24,298 bases of DNA from Clostridia bacterium (lineage in GTDB: Bacteria; Bacillota; Clostridia; Saccharofermentanales; UBA5734), in NCBI GenBank assembly GCA_018056585.1, contig JAGPFK010000001.1, positions 1 through 24,298 on the forward strand. Reading direction: 5' to 3'. Position 1 is the stretch's first letter. Each line of letters opens with the position of its first letter. Position numbers and translations under genes: made by a program. The notes below the pieces were generated by a model. That model was not told where the DNA came from, ran no database searches, and saw nothing but the letters and a program-made list of their open reading frames with translations. Shown piece by piece: positions 9,263 through 17,267 of this stretch.

Positions 9263-9757
9263 ATGCGCATTGATTCAAGCACACTCGACCTTAAAGAGAG
9301 GGTCATCCATATCGGGCGTGTTTCAAAAACAGTTAAAGGCGGACGCAATTTCCGCTTTGTCGCCCTGGTCGTCGTCGGCGATGAGAATGGACACGTTGGC
9401 AAAGGGCTGGGAAAAGCGGCCGAAATTCCGGATGCAATTCGCAAAGGAATAGAGAAAGCCAAAAAGAATATCATCTCTGTTCCTTTGAACAACACAACCA
9501 TACCACATGAAGTAACCGGTGCTTTTGGTGCAGGCAAAGTTCTACTTAAGCCTGCCGGACCTGGTACAGGCGTCATTGCCGGTGGTCCGGTTCGCGCTGT
9601 TTTGGAACTGGCCGGCATAAAGGATATCAAGACCAAATCACTTGGTTCCAATAATCCAAACAACATGGTCAATGCAACCATCGACGGCCTTAAAAATCTA
9701 AAATCACCTGAACAGGTTTCCAGGCTGCGTGGCAAACCCGTTGAAGACATTCTGTAA
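9263..9757 (+). CDS. rpsE: 30S ribosomal protein S5
   Basis: [20 protein letters not shown] and [12 protein letters not shown] motifs. Start moved from 9158 to ATG 9263 (SD GGAGG at 9251-9255). Confidence 0.99.
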   Translation: MRIDSSTLDLKERVIHIGRVSKTVKGGRNFRFVALVVVGDENGHVGKGLGKAAEIPDAIRKGIEKAKKNIISVPLNNTTIPHEVTGAFGAGKVLLKPAGPGTGVIAGGPVRAVLELAGIKDIKTKSLGSNNPNNMVNATIDGLKNLKSPEQVSRLRGKPVEDIL

Positions 9758-9770
9758 GGAGGGTTTGCAT

Positions 9771-9950
9771 ATGTCTAAGATAAAGATTACGCTTGTCAAG
9801 AGCATCAATGGTGCCAATCAGAAGCAGATCGCAACGGTGCATGCACTGGGCCTTCGAAAAATCGGTCAGAGTGTTGTACATGAAGCGACACCATCCATCA
9901 CGGGCATGGTCCGGCATGTGGCCCATCTGGTCCAATGTGAAGAAGTGTAA
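9771..9950 (+). CDS. rpmD: 50S ribosomal protein L30
   Basis: [20 protein letters not shown] and [10 protein letters not shown] motifs. Start moved from 9729 to ATG 9771 (SD AAGGAGG). Confidence 0.98.
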   Translation: MSKIKITLVKSINGANQKQIATVHALGLRKIGQSVVHEATPSITGMVRHVAHLVQCEEV

Positions 9951-9964
9951 GGAGGCGTCTCAAT

Positions 9965-10414
9965 ATGAAGATTAATGAACTCTCTCCCACACCCGGTTCC
10001 CGCACAACGGCCTGGCGCAAAGGACGTGGCCCGGGATCTGGAAACGGAAAAACGGCCGGGCGAGGTCATAAAGGACAGAAAGCCCGTTCGGGTGTCAGCT
10101 TTAAGCCTGGCTTTGAAGGCGGGCAGATGCCGATTTATCGCCGCCTCCCGAAGCGTGGATTTAACAACAAGCGCTTTGCGCGGCAATACATTGAGGTTCA
10201 TGTGGGCGATTTGAATGGCTTTGAAGACGGCACTGTCGTGGATGCTGCCCTCATGAAGACGTCTGGACTGATCTCATTGCCAAAAGTCAATGATGGGATT
10301 AAGGTTCTGGGGCAGGGCGAATTAACAAAAAAACTCACCGTTGTCGCCCATTCCTTTACAGCTTCTGCAAGAGAGAAAATCGAAAAGGCTGGAGGGACGG
10401 TTGAGGAGGTGTAA
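9965..10414 (+). CDS. rplO: 50S ribosomal protein L15
   Basis: [24 protein letters not shown] and [18 protein letters not shown] motifs. Confidence 0.99.
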   Translation: MKINELSPTPGSRTTAWRKGRGPGSGNGKTAGRGHKGQKARSGVSFKPGFEGGQMPIYRRLPKRGFNNKRFARQYIEVHVGDLNGFEDGTVVDAALMKTSGLISLPKVNDGIKVLGQGELTKKLTVVAHSFTASAREKIEKAGGTVEEV

Positions 10415-10416
10415 GC

Positions 10417-11709
10417 ATGGCCGGTATGTTTGAGACCCTGAAGAATGCTTATAAAATCCCAGACTTGCGAAAAAAACTTTTATTTACTTTGCTCATGCTG
10501 GTTGTTTATCGGCTGGGTATTCAAATACCGGTTCCCGGTATTGACGCCGCGGCATTTACCGAATTGTTGAATCGATTTGGAGAGCTGGGCAGCTTCCTGG
10601 ATATTATTTCCGGTGGCGCCTTTAAGCATGTTTCCATCTTCTCTCTTGGTATTGTTCCGTATATTAATTCATCCATTATTATGCAACTTTTAACGGTCGC
10701 TATTCCAGCTTTGGAACGGTTGCAAAAAGAGGGAGAAGAAGGGCGAAAAAAGATTCAGCAGTATGTGCGCTATGTGACAATCGGTCTGGCTTTGATACAG
10801 TCTGCAGCTTACTGGTATGCCACGCGTTTGGCATCGACTCCCATGCTCCCGTATGGACTCAATGCAGCATTGGTGATTTTAAGCTTTACAGCCGGCACAG
10901 CGTTTATTATGTGGATCGGCGAGCAAATCAACGAATCTGGTATTGGTAATGGCATATCCCTCATCATTTTTGCCGGCATTGTCTCACGCATCCCGGATAT
11001 GGTTCAGACCCTTTACCAGTATTTCCGGGCCTGGACATTGACGCGCAATATATTTATGTCCATTTTGTTTACCATTGGTGTGGCTATCATCTTTGTTCTT
11101 GTCATTGCCCTTGTTGTTTTTGTTCAGCAAGCCGAACGACGAATACCGATTCAGTATGCCAAGAAGGTTGTTGGACGAAAAATGTACGGTGGACAAAGCA
11201 CCTATTTGCCGATTAAGGTCAACCAAGCCGGTGTGATTCCTGTCATTTTTGCCAGCTCTGTGGTGATGCTTCCATCCACGATTGTTTCTTTGATCGGAAG
11301 CACCGGTCCTGTTGCCCAATGGTTTTTAAATTTCACGCGCAACCCGCTTTATTATGTAGCCTATGCGCTTCTGATTATTGGCTTCACCTTTTTCTATTCC
11401 ATGATTCAATTTAATCCCATAGAAATAGCCAATAATCTGCAAAAAAACGGCGGTTTTATTCCAGGCATCCGGCCCGGCCGTCCGACAGCTGAATTTATTG
11501 CGAGGACATCAAAAAGATTGTCATGGTTCGATGCATTCTTTTTAGTCCTGGTTGTTCTGATGCCAACTCTGTTGAGTGCCGTCACCCATGTACAGGGAAT
11601 CTGGTTTGGCGGTACGGCTGTCATCATTATGGTCGGCGTGGCGATTGATCTGGTCGATCAACTGGAAGCTCAAATGGTGATGCGGCATTACAAAGGTTTT
11701 CTTGACTAA
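10417..11709 (+). CDS. secY: Preprotein translocase subunit SecY
   Basis: Multi-pass hydrophobic protein with SIFSLGIVPYINSSIIMQLL, GIGNGISLIIF, LPIKVNQAGVIPVIFA and FIPGIRPG. Confidence 0.99.
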   Translation: MAGMFETLKNAYKIPDLRKKLLFTLLMLVVYRLGIQIPVPGIDAAAFTELLNRFGELGSFLDIISGGAFKHVSIFSLGIVPYINSSIIMQLLTVAIPALERLQKEGEEGRKKIQQYVRYVTIGLALIQSAAYWYATRLASTPMLPYGLNAALVILSFTAGTAFIMWIGEQINESGIGNGISLIIFAGIVSRIPDMVQTLYQYFRAWTLTRNIFMSILFTIGVAIIFVLVIALVVFVQQAERRIPIQYAKKVVGRKMYGGQSTYLPIKVNQAGVIPVIFASSVVMLPSTIVSLIGSTGPVAQWFLNFTRNPLYYVAYALLIIGFTFFYSMIQFNPIEIANNLQKNGGFIPGIRPGRPTAEFIARTSKRLSWFDAFFLVLVVLMPTLLSAVTHVQGIWFGGTAVIIMVGVAIDLVDQLEAQMVMRHYKGFLD

Positions 11710-11730
11710 TGTGTGCCGTATAGGGGGAGC

Positions 11731-11759
11731 AGGGTATTTTACAGCAGGTGAAATACCCT
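11731..11759 (+). promoter_or_regulatory. Stem-loop between secY and adk
   Basis: Perfect 9-bp inverted repeat AGGGTATTT 11731-11739/AAATACCCT 11751-11759, followed by TGTTCGTGTTTT and then the adk SD. Function not established. Confidence 0.5.
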
Positions 11760-11784
11760 TGTTCGTGTTTTGGAGGATGGCGCC

Positions 11785-12471
11785 ATGCAATTAATCTTAT
11801 TGGGTCCGCCAGGATCCGGCAAAGGAACACTGGCATCAGAAATAAGTAAAACATATGGAATCGCGCACATTTCATCCGGTGATCTCTTTCGAAAGCACAT
11901 TGAAAACAAAACAGAACTTGGCCTTGCCGTTCAGGACTACCTGAAGCAAGGCGCTTTAGTCCCTGATGATTTGACTATCGAAATGCTCAAAGAACGCTTG
12001 GAACAGCCGGATTGCGAAAATGGCTTTCTGCTGGATGGGTTCCCCAGAACAAAACCTCAGGCTGAAGCACTGGAAACCTTGTTGATAGCTAAGAAACGGC
12101 CGCTGACAGCTGTTATTAACGTCATCGCCAGAGATGAAACCATTTTGAAACGATTATCAGGACGTTGTCATTGCCCGAACTGCGGGCGTGGCTACAATCT
12201 ATATTCTATGCCGCCGAAAAAAGAAGGTATTTGTGATGATTGCGGCTACCCGCTCATTCGCCGTGATGATGATCAGGAAGAAACCGTCCGTGAAAGACTC
12301 AAAGTCTACAAAGAGCAGACAGAACCCTTAATCGATTATTATCGGCAAAAAGGGCTGTTGATCGAGGTGGATAATGAGGGATCCATTGAGGAAAGCCTGA
12401 ATGATGTGCGAAGGAAATTAGAAAAGCAATCCATCTTAAATAAAAAAGGAAAGCAAAATGGTCAGTCTTAA
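11785..12471 (+). CDS. adk: Adenylate kinase with zinc-binding LID
   Basis: P-loop LLGPPGSGKGT, HISSGDLFR, GFLLDGFPRT, LID CPNC...CDDC, and RRDDD.EETVRERL. Start moved from 11770 to ATG 11785 (SD GGAGG at 11772-11776). Confidence 0.99.
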   Translation: MQLILLGPPGSGKGTLASEISKTYGIAHISSGDLFRKHIENKTELGLAVQDYLKQGALVPDDLTIEMLKERLEQPDCENGFLLDGFPRTKPQAEALETLLIAKKRPLTAVINVIARDETILKRLSGRCHCPNCGRGYNLYSMPPKKEGICDDCGYPLIRRDDDQEETVRERLKVYKEQTEPLIDYYRQKGLLIEVDNEGSIEESLNDVRRKLEKQSILNKKGKQNGQS

Positions 12472-13237
12472 ATCGACAAAAGAAATCAAAAAAATCGCTG
12501 CTGCCGGCCAGGTTGTTGCTGATATTTTAGATGCCATTGGTGAACAGATTCGCCCGGGCATCAGCACAGCAGATTTGGATCGGATAGCCCGTGATCTGAT
12601 TAAAAAAGCGGGAGCTGTCCCATCGTTTCTGGGCTATGGTCAACCACCTTTCCCGGCGGCCATTTGCACATCGGTCGATGCGGAAGTGGTCCACGGCATC
12701 CCCTCTCCGACGTGCGTACTTTCTGAAGGCAGCATTGTTTCGATCGATGTAGGTGCCTGCCTGGACGGCTATCATGCTGATGCGGCCAGAACCTTTCCGG
12801 TCGGAAAGATTTCAGAAGAAGTAGCAGAACTGATCAGAACAGCCAAGATTTGTTTTTGGAAGGCCTGCACCCAGGCTGTTGTCGGGAATCGATTAGGCGA
12901 TCTTTCTTTTACGGTCCAGCAGTACGCAGAAAGACAGGGATTTGGTGTTGTGCGTGAGTTGACCGGCCATGGGATCGGCCGTCATTTGCATGAAGAACCA
13001 GATCTGCCAAACTATGGCCGCAAAGGCCATGGGTTGCGTCTTGAAGCAGGGATGGTGCTGGCTATGGAACCGATGATTAACCTTGGAACACGTCATGTAT
13101 TGATGCGAGAGGATGGCTGGACCATTGTTACAGCAGATGGGAAGCCCTCCGCGCATTATGAGAATACGCTGGCTATCACGGAAAATGGACCGATCGTTCT
13201 GACCGCCCGGCCTGGAGAAGAAACCGATGCAGTATAG
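12458..13237 (+). CDS. map: Methionine aminopeptidase type I
   Basis: SVDAEVVHGIP, VSID.G, YHADAART, GHGIG..LHEEP, EPMIN and SAHYENT motifs. Confidence 0.99.
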   Translation: MVSLKSTKEIKKIAAAGQVVADILDAIGEQIRPGISTADLDRIARDLIKKAGAVPSFLGYGQPPFPAAICTSVDAEVVHGIPSPTCVLSEGSIVSIDVGACLDGYHADAARTFPVGKISEEVAELIRTAKICFWKACTQAVVGNRLGDLSFTVQQYAERQGFGVVRELTGHGIGRHLHEEPDLPNYGRKGHGLRLEAGMVLAMEPMINLGTRHVLMREDGWTIVTADGKPSAHYENTLAITENGPIVLTARPGEETDAV

Positions 13238-13559
13238 AGAGAGCCAGGCATTGCGGGACATCGATAACCCGGGGAAACAGGAAAACGATCTGGCTGAGCT
13301 GAGACCTGGGATGATTGTAAAATCTAAAACCGGACATGACAGAGGACGGATCTATCTTGTGATGTGCGTGGCAGAGGACCGTGTCTGGTTGACGGATGGC
13401 CGTTACAGACCTGTGAGCCGGCCCAAAAAGAAGAATCTGCGGCATGTAAAAATAATCGATCGAACGATTCATAAAGATGATTTAGCAAAACTGCAGATGC
13501 TTCAGGATCATGGTCAGCAAAATGCCTGTATTAGAAAAATATTATCCGTGTATGAATAA
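13227..13559 (+). CDS. KOW-domain RNA-binding protein (L14e-like) conserved between map and infA
   Basis: PGMIVKSKTGHDRGRIYLV...DGRYRPVSRPKKKNLRHV matches the recalled clostridial pattern G.IV.S.AGRD...DG..R....PK.K..KH. Start is uncertain; GGAG lies 9 nt before ATG 13227. Confidence 0.8.
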   Translation: MQYRESQALRDIDNPGKQENDLAELRPGMIVKSKTGHDRGRIYLVMCVAEDRVWLTDGRYRPVSRPKKKNLRHVKIIDRTIHKDDLAKLQMLQDHGQQNACIRKILSVYE

Positions 13560-13587
13560 AGATTATTAAGAAAAGGGAGGGAAGCTG

Positions 13588-13806
13588 ATGCCAAAAGAAG
13601 ACACCATTGAAGTGGAAGGGACCGTTGTGGATACCTTGCCCAATGCCGTTTTTAAAGTACGGCTGGATAACGGACATGAAGTCACAGCCCATATCTCCGG
13701 AAAGTTAAGGCAAAACTACATTAAAATATTAACTGGGGATCGGGTTACGATTGAATTGTCACCATATGACTTGACAAGAGGACGTATCGTCTGGCGCGCC
13801 AAATAG
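13588..13806 (+). CDS. infA: Translation initiation factor IF-1
   Basis: [37 protein letters not shown] and PYDLTRGRI motifs. Confidence 0.99.
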   Translation: MPKEDTIEVEGTVVDTLPNAVFKVRLDNGHEVTAHISGKLRQNYIKILTGDRVTIELSPYDLTRGRIVWRAK

Positions 13807-13856
13807 TGGGGTTGCGGACAAGGGTCAGGTCAGTCGTGGTGAATGAAAACTGCCGC

Positions 13857-14067
<211 letters not shown>

Positions 14068-14087
14068 AAGCCTGTTCCGTATCGAAT

Positions 14088-14134
14088 GCATAGGGATGCG
14101 GCTGGATTGGCAAAGCCAATCAGATTCCTTATGT
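14088..14134 (+). promoter_or_regulatory. Extended stem-loop in the rpmJ-rpsM spacer
   Basis: Outer stem CATAGGGA 14089-14096/TCCTTATG 14126-14133 (one G-U) and inner stem GATTGGC-AAA-GCCAATC 14105-14121, followed by an AT-rich run. Confidence 0.5.
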
Positions 14135-14188
14135 TTATAAATAAATGGAATAAAGAATGAATCCGTTGTACGATGGAGGTGCACACGA

Positions 14189-14557
14189 ATGGTTCGAATC
14201 GCAGGCGTGGACTTGCCAAATGAAAAGCGAGTGGAAATCGCATTATGCTACATTTATGGCATTGGCAGGACACTGTCGAATAAAATATTAGAGACTTGCG
14301 GGATCAATCCGGATACCCGTGTAAAAGATCTGACCGATGAAGAAATTGCACGGATCAGAGATACCATTGAAAACAACTATACGGTAGAGGGCGACTTAAG
14401 AAGGATAACAGATATGAACATCAAGCGTTTGATGGAAATCGGCTGTTATCGGGGGCGCCGCCACAGAGCCGGTTTGCCCGTTCGCGGTCAGCGGACCAAA
14501 ACGAACGCCAGGACCCGTAAAGGACCCAAACGCGCGCTCGGCGGTAAAAGAAAATAA
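14189..14557 (+). CDS. rpsM: 30S ribosomal protein S13
   Basis: [15 protein letters not shown] and [28 protein letters not shown] motifs. Confidence 0.99.
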   Translation: MVRIAGVDLPNEKRVEIALCYIYGIGRTLSNKILETCGINPDTRVKDLTDEEIARIRDTIENNYTVEGDLRRITDMNIKRLMEIGCYRGRRHRAGLPVRGQRTKTNARTRKGPKRALGGKRK

Positions 14558-14572
14558 GGAGGCAATTAAACC

Positions 14573-14977
14573 ATGGCAAAAGCGTCCGGCAAAAAAACGG
14601 CTACACGGCCGAAGAGAAGGGAACGCAAGAACGTCGATCATGGCTCGGCTCATATTCATTCCACTTTTAATAACACGATCGTGACCATAACAGATCCCGA
14701 AGGGAATGCCATTGCCTGGGCCAGCGCGGGAACTTTAGGCATGAAAGGCTCGCGAAAAGGCACGCCGTTTGCTGCGCAAATGGCAGCCGAACAAGCGGCC
14801 AGAACCGCGATTGATCACGGGATGCGTTCAGTCGATGTTTATGTTAAAGGACCCGGTGCAGGCCGTGAGGCGGCAATCAGATCTCTTCAGGCGGCTGGCC
14901 TGGATATAACCCTGATCAAAGATGTTACACCGATTCCTCACAATGGCTGCAGGCCGCCTAAAAGAAGAAGAGTCTGA
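14573..14977 (+). CDS. rpsK: 30S ribosomal protein S11
   Basis: [30 protein letters not shown] and [18 protein letters not shown] motifs. Confidence 0.99.
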   Translation: MAKASGKKTATRPKRRERKNVDHGSAHIHSTFNNTIVTITDPEGNAIAWASAGTLGMKGSRKGTPFAAQMAAEQAARTAIDHGMRSVDVYVKGPGAGREAAIRSLQAAGLDITLIKDVTPIPHNGCRPPKRRRV

Positions 14978-14994
14978 TGTTGGAGGTGTAAAGA

Positions 14995-15609
14995 ATGGCC
15001 CGATATATAGACGCATCATGCAGGCTTTGTCGCAGGGAAGGTGAGAAACTGTTCCTGAAAGGCCAGCGTTGTTATACAGGAAAATGTGCCCTTGCCAGGA
15101 GAAGTTACGCCCCTGGACAGCATGGGCAAGGCCGAAAAAAGATTTCTGAATATGGTTCACAATTGCGTGAAAAACAAAAAACGAAACATTTTTACGGCCT
15201 GCAGGAAGCCCAATTTCACAAGACATATGAACGTGCAGCCCGCATGAAGGGTAAAACTGGTGAAAATTTGTTGCAGTTGCTTGAATTGCGTATGGACAAT
15301 GTTGTTTATCGGATGGGGTTGGCTTCATCGCGTGCCGAAGCGCGTCAATTGGTCACGCATGGACACTTTGAGGTGAATGGGAAAAAAGTGAATATTCCTT
15401 CTTATACGATGAAGGTGAACGACGTGATTTCTGTGCGTGAATCATCACGAAAATCGCCTAAGTTTGAAAAACTTTCTAACCGCCCAGTGCCTCCCTGGCT
15501 GTCTTTTAATCCTGAAACGCTGAGCGGTACAGTGCTTCAGGCCCCCGCCCGCAACGATGTCGACATTGAAGTTCAGGAAACCCTCATTGTTGAGCTGTAC
15601 TCCAAGTGA
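14995..15609 (+). CDS. rpsD: 30S ribosomal protein S4 (Cys-containing form)
   Basis: [43 protein letters not shown] and ARQLVTHGH motifs. Confidence 0.99.
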   Translation: MARYIDASCRLCRREGEKLFLKGQRCYTGKCALARRSYAPGQHGQGRKKISEYGSQLREKQKTKHFYGLQEAQFHKTYERAARMKGKTGENLLQLLELRMDNVVYRMGLASSRAEARQLVTHGHFEVNGKKVNIPSYTMKVNDVISVRESSRKSPKFEKLSNRPVPPWLSFNPETLSGTVLQAPARNDVDIEVQETLIVELYSK

Positions 15610-15654
15610 TTCGAAGATGACTTGTCGTGTGCCGGCGCATAAAGGAGGAACAAA

Positions 15655-16620
15655 ATGTTAGAAATTATAAGGCCAACGATTGAATGCGTTGAGCGCAATA
15701 AAGATGGTTCTTATGGCAAGTTTGTTATAGAGCCTCTGGAACGTGGGTATGGCACCACGCTGGGTAATTCTCTCAGGCGTGTTCTGCTGTCTTCGCTTCC
15801 AGGCGCGGCCGTGACAGCGATCCGGGTCGATGGCATCTATCATGAATTTTCAACCGTCAAGGGTGTCATTGAGGATTTGACGGAGATCATATTGAATATC
15901 AAGGGCATTCGGGCCAGGCTGCATGTAGATGGTCCTAAAACGGTTTATATCAGCACGGACGAAGGTCGCACCGGCGTTGTAACAGCCGGTGAAATTGTCC
16001 GGGATGAAGAAGTTGAGATTATGAACCCGGATCACCCTATTGCAACACTGAACGGTGAAGGTCGCCTGTTTATGGAATTAACCTTGAATAAAGGTCGCGG
16101 CTACAGTCCGGCAGAGCAGAATAAATGGCTCAACCAGCCAATCGGTGTCATCCCGATTGACTCCATATTTACGCCCATCCGTAAAGTAAATTTTGTTGTT
16201 GAAAACACACGTGTGGGTCAATTTACAGATTATGATAAACTTACACTTGAAGTCTTTACTGATGCGACGGTCGACGCAGCCGCAGCCCTGAGCCTGGGCG
16301 CTTCGATTCTGTGCGATCACTTGAATTTATTTATTGCACTGACGGATGCATCGGACGCGACCAATTTCATTAAAACGGAGGAAACACCCGGCAAGAATCA
16401 AATTCTTGATTCAGCAATTGAGGACCTGGATTTCTCTGTCCGCACGTACAACTGCCTTAAACGCGCAAGCATTAACACAATTGGAGATTTGGTTGCCCGA
16501 ACAGAACAAGATATGATGAAAGTGCGCAACCTTGGTAAAAAATCTCTGGAAGAGGTTGTGCTCAAACTAGAAGAACTTGGTTTGTCGCTGGCCGATGGTG
16601 ATCAAGGGGTCAGCGACTGA
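15655..16620 (+). CDS. rpoA: DNA-directed RNA polymerase subunit alpha
   Basis: [37 protein letters not shown], and alpha-[14 protein letters not shown]...[10 protein letters not shown]. Confidence 0.99.
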   Translation: MLEIIRPTIECVERNKDGSYGKFVIEPLERGYGTTLGNSLRRVLLSSLPGAAVTAIRVDGIYHEFSTVKGVIEDLTEIILNIKGIRARLHVDGPKTVYISTDEGRTGVVTAGEIVRDEEVEIMNPDHPIATLNGEGRLFMELTLNKGRGYSPAEQNKWLNQPIGVIPIDSIFTPIRKVNFVVENTRVGQFTDYDKLTLEVFTDATVDAAAALSLGASILCDHLNLFIALTDASDATNFIKTEETPGKNQILDSAIEDLDFSVRTYNCLKRASINTIGDLVARTEQDMMKVRNLGKKSLEEVVLKLEELGLSLADGDQGVSD

Positions 16621-16641
16621 CCTGCGAAGGAGGGTATATTC

Positions 16642-17166
16642 ATGCCTGTACAAAGAAAACTTGGACGAAGAACCGATGTCCGATTATCCATCCTAAAAGG
16701 GATGGTCACAGCCCTTATTGTTAATGGAAGCATTATCACGACCGAAGCCCGTGCCAAAGAGGTCAGAAGAATTACTGAGAAACTGATCACACTGGCTGTT
16801 CGTGAAAAGGATAACTTTACAACCCGCGGTTTGATTGTGTCATCACCTAAACTGGACGGCAAGGGAAGAAAAGTACTGAAAACAGCGACTTCAAAAAATG
16901 GACGTAAGTATGAAGTGGTGAGTCGTGAGGTTAAAACAGATTTATCCCGCGTTGATGATCCTTCTCGTTTGGCTGCTCGTCGTGAGGCGATGAAATGGTT
17001 AAACAAAAGTTTTGATAAAAATGGCGTTGCCATCAATCCGGTCAATATTCTTTTTGATACCATCGCGGAAAAATACGCGGACCGTCCGGGCGGCTACACG
17101 AAAATGGTCAAAATCGGACCACGACGTGGTGACGCGGCAGAAATGGTTATCCTGTCGCTTGTATAA
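16642..17166 (+). CDS. rplQ: 50S ribosomal protein L17, with an internal insertion of about 50 aa
   Basis: RKLGR, ITTEARAKEVR...EKLITLA, LAARR and R.GGYT...K.GPRRGDAAEM motifs; 174 aa against roughly 115-130 for the usual protein. Confidence 0.98.
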   Translation: MPVQRKLGRRTDVRLSILKGMVTALIVNGSIITTEARAKEVRRITEKLITLAVREKDNFTTRGLIVSSPKLDGKGRKVLKTATSKNGRKYEVVSREVKTDLSRVDDPSRLAARREAMKWLNKSFDKNGVAINPVNILFDTIAEKYADRPGGYTKMVKIGPRRGDAAEMVILSLV

Positions 17167-17218
17167 AAGATTGTCGGTTATTTTACCGGCCTAACCGGAC
17201 AGATAAAATGAACCATCG

Positions 17219-17249
17219 GGGGACAGGTGAAGGCCGGTCCCTATTTTTT
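17219..17249 (+). terminator. Rho-independent terminator-like hairpin after rplQ
   Basis: GGGGAC 17219-17224 pairs with GTCCCT 17237-17242, with a further short stem inside, followed by ATTTTTT. A second hairpin lies at 17172-17201 (CGGTTA/TAACCG core). Confidence 0.65.
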
Positions 17250-17267
17250 ATCAATTTTTACGTGGAT

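Noticed and set aside
9046-9750. 234-aa antisense ORF, and similar long minus-strand ORFs (1190-1735, 4667-5179, 14828-15328, 16602-17063, 21222-21674)
   Set aside because: They lie opposite highly conserved genes, lack SDs and motifs, and are typical shadow frames.
17208-17267. N-terminal 20 codons of the 632-aa ECF ATPase ORF as given in the track
   Set aside because: The segment overlaps a terminator-like hairpin and T-tract (translating to SLFFINF) and has no SD; a later start is more plausible.
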